64,000 bases of DNA, taken from Planctomycetota bacterium (GTDB lineage Bacteria > Planctomycetota > PLA2 > JAEUHO01). Within the stretch, counting starts at the first letter, position 1; each line of letters opens with the position of its first letter. Positions 31,115-41,137 of this stretch are shown here, one piece after another. The position numbers were made by a program, and so were the translations under genes. The stretch covers positions 64,001 through 128,000 of the forward strand of contig CBDCWP010000010.1 of the NCBI GenBank assembly GCA_965223505.1, given 5' to 3'. The notes beneath the pieces are model-generated. The model was not told the origin of the DNA and did not search any database. It saw only the letters and a list, made by a program, of their open reading frames with translations.

Positions 31115-31372
31115 ATGCCTACTGCGAAGAAGCCGGTCCGAAAGAGTGTCAGCGTCCCTGCGGTGCTCGCGAGGCGCATCCGGTCCCTAGCGAAGGCGCG
31201 GCGCCTGAGCGAAAACCGCGTCCTCGTTGAACTCATCGAGTCGGGCCTGGAGGCGAAGGAGAGGGAGAGGCTGCATTACCTCGACCTCCTCGAGCAGCTC
31301 CGCGCGTCGGATGACGAGGCCGAGCAAGAGCGCCTCATGGAGGAGCTCGCGCAACTGACGTTCGGTGATTGA
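31115..31372 (+). CDS. Ribbon-helix-helix (CopG/Arc-like) protein, putative antitoxin
   Basis: VRKSVSVP..LARRIRSLAKARRLSENRVLVELIESGL followed by an acidic helical tail. Confidence 0.7.
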   Translation: MPTAKKPVRKSVSVPAVLARRIRSLAKARRLSENRVLVELIESGLEAKERERLHYLDLLEQLRASDDEAEQERLMEELAQLTFGD

Positions 31373-31614
31373 TGCCGACGATCCAATGGACGGACCTACC
31401 GGATGCCCTCCGCCGTCACCTCTTCCTGCGGGCGCGAGAGCGGGCCATCTCCGATAACGATCTGCTCAAGCTCAAGGCGTGGCGCGAGTCCAACCCGGAG
31501 GCGCCGGACGGCGAGTGGTACAAGGACTTCGGCTCGTTCAAGATCTGCGGGGAGGGGCGCTACCCGAAGACGTTCCTGCTCAAGGGACAGGCCGCCAAGG
31601 GGAAGCGGCTTTGA
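31372..31614 (+). CDS. Small basic hypothetical protein, putative toxin
   Basis: 80 aa; TGATG overlap with the RHH gene; HLFLRARERAIS motif. Confidence 0.6.
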   Translation: MPTIQWTDLPDALRRHLFLRARERAISDNDLLKLKAWRESNPEAPDGEWYKDFGSFKICGEGRYPKTFLLKGQAAKGKRL

Positions 31615-31665
31615 GAATCGTCTCGGTTCGAGTCCTCGTCGGACCCCAGCGCGACCCCAGGACCG

Positions 31666-31738
31666 AACCCAGAGTCCGCAAGGAATGGGGCCTTCGGTAC
31701 AGAGAGTGTTTCGAACGAGGATGCGGAATGGGGAGCCA
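31666..31738 (+). repeat. Islet right end plus tRNA-3' (att-like) repeat, copy 2
   Basis: 22-bp ACAGAGAGTGTTTCGAACGAGG (31699-31720) is identical to 30795-30816 and is followed by GGGGAGCCA. Confidence 0.8.
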
Positions 31739-31995
31739 ACTCTCCGCTTCGTGGCAGCGAGCCGCCGAGAGGGCCCCAACGCGAGGCTCCGGCGACGTCG
31801 CCCGTAGGCGCCCGAACTTCGCGGCTGGGGCGCGTCGGCATGGTCGAGGCGGTCCTCAACGCGCCCGGCGCCCAACAGCCGGACTCTACGCACTCTACCT
31901 CTCGCCCTAAGAGCTCGAGGCGTGTTATGAGTACCACCGTCTCGCATCGTGATCGGTTAGCGAATGTCAGATTGAGGCTGGATGGGAGATGACCC

Positions 31996-33252
31996 ATGTC
32001 TACGCGCATCGACCCCGCGACGCTCATCGAGATACCGCTGGGCACGTTCAACGGAGTCGGGTACTCCCGCTTCGAGGCCATGTTCGAAGGAACGACCGCG
32101 GGCGGCGGCTCCTACCGGGTCCCGTGCCAGATCATCGCCCCGACGGCAGGCCAAGGCAGCAGCGGCTTGCTGCTGTTCGATTGGCTCAACACCGTGTTCG
32201 TCATCACCGCGATCGGGCGCGACTTCGGCGTCGGGCGGTACATGCTGACCGATGACTTCCTGTTCGGCCGCGGGACCGTGTGCGCCACGGTCCGCTCGAG
32301 CCGGGCCGGCCTGGGCACGCCGTGGATGGACGGGACGCTGGATGCCGCCGGTGAGTTCATCTCCGACAGCAACGAGGCGCAGATCGTCGTCGACTTCGTG
32401 CAGGCGCTGGAATCGGACCCGTTGGCCGTCGAACGCGTCGGTCCGGTCCAGCGCAGGGCGGCGTTCGGCTTCTCGCGCTCGGGCCACGCCGTGCGCCGGT
32501 TCCTGCGCAGCGACCTCGGAGCAGGCCTGTTCGACTTCTCGCTCGCGGGTGGGGCCGGCGCGGATGCGGACGACGCGCCGCCGCCGCCGGCGGCCGGACT
32601 CTGCATCGAGTTCAACACCGAGAACGAGATCGTCGCCACCGGCCCCTTCAGTCAGGGAGGATCACACGCGCGAAAGGAAGCCCCGAACCTGCGCGTGTAC
32701 GAGTTCGCGGGGTGCGCCCACGGTGGACCGGTCGAAGCGGCGCAGATCGGGCTCGTCGACCCCGAGAAGGCGAACCCGGCGGACTGGTTCCCCCTGGTCC
32801 GCGCGTTGTTCGTGGCTGCCGATCAGTGGTGCGATGGGGTCGAGCCGCCGCCGAGCATCTGGCTCGGGCAGCCGCACAACCAAGGTGTCGCCCGCGACGC
32901 AAAAGAGAACGCCGTGGTCCGGTTCGTGGGAGGCGAGGCGATCGAAACGGACCGCTACCGACTGCCGGAGGTCGCGGTGGGCCAGAATCAGTACGTCGCC
33001 TTCGATCCCGCCTACCGGGGTCCCAACGTCGTCACGGGGCCGGCCGAGCCCGCCGAACCGACCGCCCATCGACAGGCACTCCGCGCCTTCTTCGGTGGCT
33101 TCGTGGATCTGACCGACACGTTCACGAGCCACGAGGACTACGTGACGCAGATCACCGACCACGCCGAGACGCTGCGGGCGCAGCGCTACCTGCTCGACGA
33201 GGATGCCGCCGAGATCATCCGCAGGGCGGAGGAGTCCAGCGTCGGAGGGTAG
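31996..33252 (+). CDS. Alpha/beta hydrolase domain protein
   Basis: LFDWLN, nucleophile-elbow-like FGFSRSG, YEFAGCAH, W..GVEPPPS, YLLDEDA. Confidence 0.6.
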   Translation: MSTRIDPATLIEIPLGTFNGVGYSRFEAMFEGTTAGGGSYRVPCQIIAPTAGQGSSGLLLFDWLNTVFVITAIGRDFGVGRYMLTDDFLFGRGTVCATVRSSRAGLGTPWMDGTLDAAGEFISDSNEAQIVVDFVQALESDPLAVERVGPVQRRAAFGFSRSGHAVRRFLRSDLGAGLFDFSLAGGAGADADDAPPPPAAGLCIEFNTENEIVATGPFSQGGSHARKEAPNLRVYEFAGCAHGGPVEAAQIGLVDPEKANPADWFPLVRALFVAADQWCDGVEPPPSIWLGQPHNQGVARDAKENAVVRFVGGEAIETDRYRLPEVAVGQNQYVAFDPAYRGPNVVTGPAEPAEPTAHRQALRAFFGGFVDLTDTFTSHEDYVTQITDHAETLRAQRYLLDEDAAEIIRRAEESSVGG

Positions 33253-33419
33253 TGGGGATGGCCGCGCGGCTCTCGCGCGGCTTGCGACGCCTAACTCCGT
33301 GTATGGGCCCAACAGTCTTGGCCGGTCGTTTCGAGCCGTTCTTCGGGCTGATTCCGTGCCGCTGACGTTCCAGCGCAGACGTGTGCGCGGATTTCTGGCT
33401 CGGCCATTGGTGTGATCAC

Positions 33420-34548
33420 ATGAGGACTACGCTGCGCGCCGAAAGCGCAGAATCGAAGGCGCCGATCTCCATCGAGGAACTGAACGTGCAACGTTCCGCC
33501 GGTCAAGTCTCGGATCGGCCTTGATGGTCGCCCGCGATAGACCGCGTCGGGCGTCTGCTGATCGAGCCCCTGATGCGGTCTCTCCCCGTTGTGCCAGCGC
33601 CGCCACCTGTTCAGCCTCCGCTCGAGAGCAGCCGAGGAACGGTAGAGGAACAGGTGCCGCACGTACTCCTGCTCTTGGACCTCCACATACGCTCGATGAT
33701 GGCGATGGACCCCTTGCGACCGACGGCGCCGTAGCGGCGGCGGATACCGTGTCGTCGGAGCAAGCCGTTCACGAGCTTGTTGCGCAGCGGCGGGTCTTGT
33801 CGGACACGAGCCAGGTGGGGGAGCCGGACCGGGTGATCGCCTGGGCAACAGGCGCCGAAAACCGGCTGTTTGGCTCACCGCGGACGAAGCCGATTGCCAG
33901 CACCTTGCGGGAGAAAGTGTCGATCACCGCGCCGACGAAACACGGGTCGCACCACGGCCTTCAAGCGCGTGAAGTCGATCATCCAGATGTGGTTCGGTCG
34001 CTTGGCAAGCAGGCCGGGCGCGGCTTGCGGCAGGAGTCGATCCTCGGGCGTCGGCGCCCTCGGCCGTCGTAGGATGCGCTGGACACTGCTGCGCGAGGCC
34101 TTGATCCCCAGTCGGGCGAGTGTTCCCGCGATGCGGCGTGTACCCCAGCGCGGCCACTCGGACTTGAGGCGATGGGCCAGCTCGCGGGCGAGATCCGTGA
34201 TGCACCCAAGGCGCGGGAGCAGGCGCGGGTCCTTCCTGCGCGACACACGTCGCCAGGTGATGATCGTCTGCCGCTGACGCCGAACACGCGCGCCGTCGCT
34301 GTGACGGAGAGGCGATAGCGGGCCGCGTGCCACACGATGTCGAGACGTTCGTTCCGCCGTTAGTGGGGGCGTCGCCGCGCGGGAACGCGAAGCCACCGAG
34401 TGCGCAGCAGCTCGTTCTTCGCACGAAGACGCTGGACCTGCTCTTCGAGAACGGCGATCTTGCCCGAGAGCGGGCGTCGGCGGTCGACCATGGAGCGGTC
34501 ATGAGCGAGCGCGATGGCGCGTGCAATCAAGATCAGGGCCTCGTGCAT
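33420..34548 (-). pseudogene. Degenerate DDE (integrase-core) transposase
   Basis: Fragments in several frames: WGTRRIAGTLARLG..SSVQRIL, PNHIWMIDF, IDTFSRK, HNGERPHQGLDQQTP; internal stop and several frameshifts. Confidence 0.75.
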
Positions 34549-34699
34549 CGAGAGAATCTAGTCGCGGTCCTAGGAAGCCGCGGAACCCGCGAGGATCAGC
34601 CGCTTGCGCTCGGTGTCAGAGGTCGTGGGCCGCTACACCGGGTCGTACTTGGCGGGCCTTGCGAGGTACGCGCGGTGATCGCGCGAGCCAAGTCAGCGA

Positions 34700-35518
34700 T
34701 TACGAAGATGGCAGAGAATCCCCTGACGCCTCATTCGCAATTCGATAGGAGAGCCACTTTTCTCCAGCCGCGATGAGCGCAGAGGCCAGCACACAGAAGA
34801 AGGCCCACGTCCAACGCATGCGTCCCGCTTGCCCGACACCGGACAGCGCAACATCTTCGCGCACCCCCAACTTGCGCTTCGCTACCCGAAATCCGCGACC
34901 TTCGGCCTTCGGGTACTCGACTTCGAGGGTCAGTTCGACCGTCAGGTCCATATCGGCCAGCGCTTCATCGGACGGAAACGTGACTTCGATCCAAGGGCTC
35001 ACGGGAACGTACCCGCGGTCCGAGACGCCGCCGATGGTCTCCTCCCAATCCTGCTTGCGTGACTTCGTCTCAAGCTCGACCGCTTGGTCCTCCCCGTCTA
35101 GGTGCGCACTGGCCCTTCCGGATCCGGACCATCTCTGTTGAACGGCATCGAGCTCTTCGTCGAATGTGTAGCGAGACGTGTCCCCGGGACCGAAGAGCGG
35201 TGGATCCCAGTTCGTGTTTGCGCGCGTCGCACTGCCCTGAATCACGATGGGCACGAAGAACACGCCAATGCCGGCGAACGTGACGATGTATGGCCCCGCG
35301 TGCTTCAAGATGAACTCGAGCGTCGAGCGCGGCCTACTCTCCGCGTAGGCGCAGCCGATCACGCAGACGAGAACGAGAGCGGCCAGAAGAGTGGACATGG
35401 CGGTCATCGACCAGCCGAAGAGCGCGGTGGCGAGAATGATCGAACCCAGTACGACGAGGATCACGCCAACAAGACTGGACTCTCTGGATGAGTTGGGTCG
35501 GGTCACACGGACCTCCAT
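34700..35518 (-). CDS. Hypothetical membrane protein
   Basis: Three N-terminal hydrophobic segments, a soluble beta-rich region and a C-terminal hydrophobic segment. Confidence 0.55.
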   Translation of the reverse strand: MEVRVTRPNSSRESSLVGVILVVLGSIILATALFGWSMTAMSTLLAALVLVCVIGCAYAESRPRSTLEFILKHAGPYIVTFAGIGVFFVPIVIQGSATRANTNWDPPLFGPGDTSRYTFDEELDAVQQRWSGSGRASAHLDGEDQAVELETKSRKQDWEETIGGVSDRGYVPVSPWIEVTFPSDEALADMDLTVELTLEVEYPKAEGRGFRVAKRKLGVREDVALSGVGQAGRMRWTWAFFCVLASALIAAGEKWLSYRIANEASGDSLPSS

Positions 35519-35860
35519 GACTCGAGGAGAGAGGATACCACTGGCTCACTTCCGCCGTCTCGGCTCAAACAGCCGCGTATCAAGCCTCCGTGCGTCCCGA
35601 CCCTCGCGGACGAGATGGACTCGACGACGGCGCTTGCGCGACTGTCGACTTGGCGAGATCGGAGCCTCCCTCGAACGAGCGGCCCGTCCCGTCGACTGCG
35701 CCGATCGCACCAGCGCGAGAATCCGTTCTGCACATGACGCATGCCCTCGCGAGGCGTCCCGACGGTCGTCCTGACGAGAAACTGCGATCGCGTGGGAGAT
35801 CGCCGCGGTTCCGAATCTCATGGGTTTCAGCGCATTCGGTCTCGTTCCTCGCTTGAATCC

Positions 35861-36257
35861 ATGGGTGACGTGACTCGGATCCGGCGGATGCGTGACCTGG
35901 CGCGGCCGATCACCGAACACGGCCCCATCGTGGTCATCGGGGCCGGCGAGGTCGGATTGAAGCTCCGTGAGCTGCTCACGGACGCCGGCGAAGAGCTCTT
36001 CGTCCTCGGGGACGCGGACGGCGAGGGCGTCGAACTCGTCGGTGATCCGCCCCGGTCGATTGACGGGGCGTAACCCCTTGGCCGAGCGCATCCGCGAGCG
36101 CAGCGGCTGCACCGTCGTGGGCGTGGAGCGGGACGGTGAGATCCTGACCGATCTGACCGGGGAGTTCGCCTTGAAGGGGGGCGACGGCCTCTACGTCTTT
36201 GGGACGGCCGAATCCCTGCAGTACGTCCAACAGCACTTCGCCATGACCCGGCTGTGA
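35861..36257 (+). pseudogene. TrkA-N/TrkA-C (RCK) protein remnant
   Basis: IVVIGAGEVG Rossmann start joined out of frame to IRERSGCTVVGVERDG..GDGLYVFG; internal deletion. Confidence 0.6.
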
Positions 36258-36297
36258 GACGGACGTGCGCGACACCGCGCTCCGTACCCGCGGCTCG

Positions 36298-36747
36298 TCA
36301 TCGGGCGCGCGTCGGCGCCGCCTCTGCTTCGCAGCGCCGCTTGAGACACTCGTTCTCACGTTTCAGCGTGCGTCTCACGGATAGGCGGGCCAACGGCCAC
36401 AGCACGCGGGCCACGAGCCCGTACATCGCCAGGCGAAGCAGGCTACGGGTACCGGTCGGCGTCGCCGTCAGCTCATGGGAAGCGACCATGCGCATGCCGC
36501 GAACCCGGGTCGACCACGTGAAACGCTCGCCACGCGTCAGCGCCGTGACGACCCACGTCGTCTCGGGTAGGCCAGGCTGCTTGATCCGCGCGGCGCTTTC
36601 CACGTCGAACGGCCCGTGATCGAGCCGCCGGACGGACACGACCGTCGGCAGCCATTCCGGCCAACGCTCTACGTCCTCCGTTACGGCCCAGACGGCGTCC
36701 TGCGGCGCTTCGACGTCGATGACGTGTTCGACTTCCAAGGCCACCAT
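36298..36747 (-). CDS. SRPBCC (polyketide cyclase/START-like) family protein
   Basis: IDVEAP..VWAVTEDVERWPEW, GERFTW, ENECLKRRCE. Confidence 0.8.
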   Translation of the reverse strand: MVALEVEHVIDVEAPQDAVWAVTEDVERWPEWLPTVVSVRRLDHGPFDVESAARIKQPGLPETTWVVTALTRGERFTWSTRVRGMRMVASHELTATPTGTRSLLRLAMYGLVARVLWPLARLSVRRTLKRENECLKRRCEAEAAPTRAR

Positions 36748-36794
36748 GCTAGGGGGATGCGCCGCCGGCGTCATCGTCCGGGCGGGGGCATCGA

Positions 36795-37037
36795 TCAGAC
36801 GTTGATCCCGATGACGCCGAGCACGATGCCGGCGACGGTGAGATAAGGCGCAGGCCAACGCCAGGCCGAGATCGCGGCGGCAAGCGCGACGGCGCAGACC
36901 GTCACGAGCAGCGGGTCACCGAAGCCGATGAGGAGAGAGCCGCCGATCAGTCCCACGACCAGCCCGATCACCAGCCCCACGACGACCGCCAGGCAGCGCT
37001 TGGCGGTGGATTCGATCTCGGAGGTACGCATGCGCAC
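36795..37037 (-). CDS. Small hypothetical membrane protein
   Basis: 80 aa with three hydrophobic segments. Confidence 0.45.
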   Translation of the reverse strand: MRMRTSEIESTAKRCLAVVVGLVIGLVVGLIGGSLLIGFGDPLLVTVCAVALAAAISAWRWPAPYLTVAGIVLGVIGINV

Positions 37038-37082
37038 ACCGTAGCAGTCGGGGAGGCTTCGACTCGAGGGCCGAATCTCCGG

Positions 37083-38684
37083 CTACGTGAGCTCGTAGCA
37101 GGACCAGCGCACGTCTCCGTTGGGCTTGTGGAGGACCCTGAGGCGACCGACGTGCCGTCGCCAGGGAGACAGACCTCGGCTGAGCTTGCGCTTGCGTCGA
37201 CACTTCCAGCGCCAATACCCGCTTGCGTCCAGCATCACGTCGACCGTGGCCGGGACGCCGACTTTGACCGCGACCCAATTGCCCCACTCGTCGAGGACAG
37301 CGAGGTTGCCGGTGCAGGTGTCCGCCGTATCGCCGAGGTAGCTCTCTTGCAGGTTCGTGGGCCGCTCGTCGCGAATGCGCTCCGTTTTGGTGCTGTAACT
37401 CTCACAGACATCCCGAATGGTCACGTGTCGGGCGTCTCGATGCACGAAGATGTTGTGTCTGTGATGCGGGTCGGCATCCGGGTCGCCATAGTCAAGGGGG
37501 TTCCGGATCCTGTCCTTTTCGGCACCCAGTACGGTGCCGCCGAGCACTTGAATACACCGGCCCATGACATGAATGCCGTCGTATCGGCCTCTCCTACGTT
37601 GCGAGTTCGCGATCACGATCGGCGCGACCATGGTGCAAAACATCGTTCGGCCGGCGAGCTGGATGCCGTGGCCTCCGTTCTCGCGCACGATCGGTCCACG
37701 CAACGAGACGTTTCGCGCCTCGATGTAGATTCCGGGAAACGTGTTCCGCCGATTGCGGTCGAGAATGCGCTGGTCCAATCGGCACGGATTGCCTTTGTCG
37801 CTTCCCCAACGACCATTTTCGCAGAAGAGCCCTCCGCTCACCGTTGCGTGCGCGGGAAGCGGGATGCGCTCCCGTCCCCCGCCCTTGCCGGTGTCCTTCA
37901 CGTAGATGCCCATTCCCAAAGCCCGGTTGTGGCAGCAAACGACGTTGGCTACCTGGATGTTGCGGACGTAGCCGACGACGTTCGGCTTCGCGGCGGTGGC
38001 GTCATCCGTCTTGATCGTGATGCCGCTGCCCGTGTTGCAGTTGCAGGTTACGTCACGGATGATGAACGTATCGCCGCCGGGATAGACGTCGATACCGTCT
38101 CCGGCACCGCTCTTTGTCAGACCGCTCGTGCCGTTGAGGTTGTAGCTCCCCCCGGAGATCACGACGTGCTTGGTGGACTTACGGAGCTTCACGCCATCGA
38201 GCCCCTGATGATCTGCGCTGCAGTTGATGAGCGAGAGTTCGTCGCAGTCGGCGGCCACGAACCCGAACTGGCTGTGCTTGCCGGTGGGGGATGAGTGTGT
38301 CGCCGAACAGTGCCGAAAGGTGACTTGCTTCACGGGGTCGTTGGGCTGCCCCTCGACGTCGAATCCGTTCATGCACTCCGAGACGGAGACGTCCTCCACC
38401 AGTATGTTCCGGGTGTCTCCGCGGATCTTCACGCCGACGGTCTTGTGACCCGGTGCTTGGCGGGTGATGCGTACGCTCTTCAGTGACGCGTTGTCGACCC
38501 CGTCGAATCGAATGACAGGATCGGGATGACGGGCATGAAGCTCTGTCGCGCAGCCTGTGCCTTCCAGCCGACCGCAACGGGGAATGTCGATTGGGCCGTC
38601 CAGCTCGTACGTCGCGGGCTGCAGCTTGAGATAGCCCTTGGTGGCGAGCACCTCGTTGATTTGGGAGGCGGTCTTTGGGTGCAT
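37083..38684 (-). CDS. Right-handed parallel beta-helix repeat protein (pectate lyase/tailspike-like)
   Basis: YELDGPIDIP..LEGTG start; Asn/Gly/Cys ladder repeats (DGVKL, GDGIDV, NTGSGITI, NGGHGIQL). Confidence 0.7.
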   Translation of the reverse strand: MHPKTASQINEVLATKGYLKLQPATYELDGPIDIPRCGRLEGTGCATELHARHPDPVIRFDGVDNASLKSVRITRQAPGHKTVGVKIRGDTRNILVEDVSVSECMNGFDVEGQPNDPVKQVTFRHCSATHSSPTGKHSQFGFVAADCDELSLINCSADHQGLDGVKLRKSTKHVVISGGSYNLNGTSGLTKSGAGDGIDVYPGGDTFIIRDVTCNCNTGSGITIKTDDATAAKPNVVGYVRNIQVANVVCCHNRALGMGIYVKDTGKGGGRERIPLPAHATVSGGLFCENGRWGSDKGNPCRLDQRILDRNRRNTFPGIYIEARNVSLRGPIVRENGGHGIQLAGRTMFCTMVAPIVIANSQRRRGRYDGIHVMGRCIQVLGGTVLGAEKDRIRNPLDYGDPDADPHHRHNIFVHRDARHVTIRDVCESYSTKTERIRDERPTNLQESYLGDTADTCTGNLAVLDEWGNWVAVKVGVPATVDVMLDASGYWRWKCRRKRKLSRGLSPWRRHVGRLRVLHKPNGDVRWSCYELT

Positions 38685-39047
38685 ACGACCTCCAACTTCG
38701 CTCCAAGCGTAACGACAGTGTCCCTGATCACCCACTCCCCATGACATCCACGCCGCCCAACGTACCCCCTCCCCGCTTCCGTATCTCCACGACTTGCACA
38801 AAGTACCCGCTTGACCGTGCAAGTCCTGCACGCATCCCGCCCGCGCCCCCAATGACATGCAGCCTGGGAGGGCTGGCATGGCGGTTGCGGTCCCATCGCC
38901 GTCTCCGACGGGAGCGCCATCATGTCCACGCCTCGAACATGCCGTCCGGCGTACGGAGCGACGGCCGACCTGGACGCGGCGTGGATGCATGCGCGACATC
39001 GTGGACGCTCTCTCGCAGACGAAGTCCAATCAAAGAGGAGCGAATCG

Positions 39048-39617
39048 ATGGGAATGCTGAAGAAGACCCTTCTGGCCGTGGCCGTGTTGGCTGCGACCGC
39101 GACGCTTGTCGACGCAGAGGAGACGGCCGAGAAGATCGACAACCCCGAGTACCTGAACTGGAAGCAGTTCAAGGCGGGGGCGACGGTCACGATCGAGCAC
39201 ATCAGCAAGGCGGCAGGCAACGAAACGAAGATCGTCACGACGACCACGTTGAAGGAGCTGACCGACAAGAAGGCCGTGGTCAGTTCCCAAACGATGATGT
39301 CCGTCGCGGGCAAGGAAGTCAAGCAGCCCGCGCAGGACCGGGAGATCCCCGCCACGTTCGACAAGCCCACGATCCCCGAGGGCGAGAAGAAGCCGGACAT
39401 CGAGACGAAGGAAGGCACGGAGACCTTGACCGTCGACGGTCAGGAGATCGCCTGCAAGTGGGTGAAGAGCACCGTAAAGACGGACGACAACACGAGCGTC
39501 ACGAAGGTCTGGAACTCCGACGCCGTACCGGGCGGCTTGGTCAAGATGGAGTCCAGCACCGACGGCGCCATGAAGGTCGAGACCAAGATGATGGTCACGA
39601 GCTTCAAGACGAAATAG
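39048..39617 (+). CDS. Secreted hypothetical protein
   Basis: RBS GAGGAG, signal peptide, Thr/Lys-rich beta domain (NPEYLNW..FKAG; W.SDAVPGGLVK). Confidence 0.75.
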   Translation: MGMLKKTLLAVAVLAATATLVDAEETAEKIDNPEYLNWKQFKAGATVTIEHISKAAGNETKIVTTTTLKELTDKKAVVSSQTMMSVAGKEVKQPAQDREIPATFDKPTIPEGEKKPDIETKEGTETLTVDGQEIACKWVKSTVKTDDNTSVTKVWNSDAVPGGLVKMESSTDGAMKVETKMMVTSFKTK

Positions 39618-40249
39618 CCACACTTGGTGAGGATCGACCTCGACCGCGGACCACCGAGGTCGAGGCCGACGGGTGGCGTCTCGAAAAGGCCCCATTCCGA
39701 CCCTGCGGCGGGCCGAGCTTCTCACGGGCTCTCCTGAGCTCTGACAAAGGACGTCCGCGAGAGGGAGAGGAGCTCGCCCGACTGCTCACGCTTCGCACGG
39801 TCGTGCTGGTCCAGGAATGCCTGAAGCGGCTCTCGAAGCGCCGGATCCGACGCGCATGCTCGACGACGGCAGCGCCGCGTCCGCGAGGTCCCTGGCCTTT
39901 TCCGTACGGCCGAGCAAAGGCTGCATCGAGCCGTGGACTGTACCGATCTCGTCGTTGCTCCACTGTCGGAACAAACCGTCGGCGCCGGCCGGTACGGCAG
40001 CCGCCGCGACGAGTACGACAACGAACACTGTCATCCGCATGGGGGTCTCCTTCCTGAGCGTCCTTCAGGAGGGATTGCGGAATCGAGCCGGGGCATCCCC
40101 GGAGAAAACCGGCAGTGTCCGTTGGCGATTCCTTCGCGCGGAGCGTTCTGCGCGTCCGAAGGGGGACGACAGGACCGGGGCGTGCCTCCCGTTGATCGCC
40201 CATGAGCGTGCGGGAGGGGAGTCCGTCAAGCTGCCGGCCGCGGTGGGGC

Positions 40250-40837
40250 CTAGATCGTGGAGATCTTGGTTTCCATCGTGTTCGCTTCGGAGACCATGCC
40301 GTGCACGGGCGAGTGGTGAGCGAGGCGTTCGATGGTGGCCAGCTGCTCCTCGCTCAGATCACCCTTCACCTTGATCTCGGTGGTGATCTTCGGCATGCAC
40401 GACGTGTGCGCGTCGGTGCCTTTCACCTCGAAGAGCACGCTCGGGTCGATGTCCGCGTGGACCCGCACCTCGAGACCCTCCAGGTTGATGCCGTGGCGGT
40501 GGGCATTCAAGCCGATGCTGTTGACGACGCACGACGCAACGGCGCCGAGCGCCATCTCCACCGGCTCTGCGCGATCGGTGGGTCCCTCGAAGCCGATCGT
40601 CTCCTCGACCTCACGCCACGCGCCATACGGAATCGTGTAGTGGCGTGTTTCGCGGTCGATCTCGTTGCCGCCGAGCGTGTACGGGCCGATATGCACGGTG
40701 CTACGACCGGAATGCCCCTCCCAGTAGCCCTTCGCCTCGAGCCCGAGGGTGACAGGGTCCTCCTTCAAGGAACTTCGGAAGGCTTCCAGCTTCTCGACAT
40801 CCATGCCATGGATCTTCTGTTCAGTAATCACGAGCAT
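40250..40837 (-). CDS. OsmC-like family protein
   Basis: PVEMALGAVASC, GINLEGLEV, HSPVH; RBS AAGAGGAG. Confidence 0.8.
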   Translation of the reverse strand: MLVITEQKIHGMDVEKLEAFRSSLKEDPVTLGLEAKGYWEGHSGRSTVHIGPYTLGGNEIDRETRHYTIPYGAWREVEETIGFEGPTDRAEPVEMALGAVASCVVNSIGLNAHRHGINLEGLEVRVHADIDPSVLFEVKGTDAHTSCMPKITTEIKVKGDLSEEQLATIERLAHHSPVHGMVSEANTMETKISTI

Positions 40838-40961
40838 TCTCCTCTTGGGCAGCCTGCCGCTCACTCAACAACCATGCCGGGCGAACAACAGCGCCCCGCA
40901 TTCGGCCACGGTAGCGAATTGGCGAAGCGAAGCCAAGGGGGCAGCCGCAAGCCGTCTTGTT

Positions 40962-41081
40962 GTCCGAGACGGGCGAGCGTCGCTCGGCGAGCTTCATCAG
41001 CTCGGCGATCTTCTCCTGCGGGGCGTCGGACTTGACGAGGAAGTTGACGCGAATCTGCTGGTAGCCCGGTCGGACAGTCTC
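40962..41081 (-). pseudogene. C-terminal remnant of a second OsmC-like gene
   Basis: Manual translation gives TVRPGYQQIRVNFLVKSDAPQEKIAELMKLAERRSPVSD; the N-terminus is absent next to the MITE. Confidence 0.6.
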
Positions 41082-41137
41082 CGTAGGGCCAGCGGATCAT
41101 CTTCTGATCGCCCAGATCGTGGGATGGCACGACCCGA

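Larger units (their letters stand above)
30819..31729. mobile_element. Integrative islet 2 (~0.9 kb) carrying a two-gene module
   Basis: Bounded by GGGGAGCCA copies at 30819 and 31730; same right-end sequence as islet 1. Confidence 0.65.

Noticed and set aside
31625..31646. GGTTCGAGTCC as part of a second tRNA
   Set aside because: No cloverleaf can be folded around it; it aligns with the islet right-end sequence instead.
33815..33826. GGGGGAGCC as a further att copy
   Set aside because: It lacks the terminal A and the conserved flanks, and lies inside the transposase relic.
39620..40040. Small secreted ORF 39786..40040
   Set aside because: It has an RBS and signal-like start but decays into low-complexity sequence; probably a gene relic, and no product can be supported.
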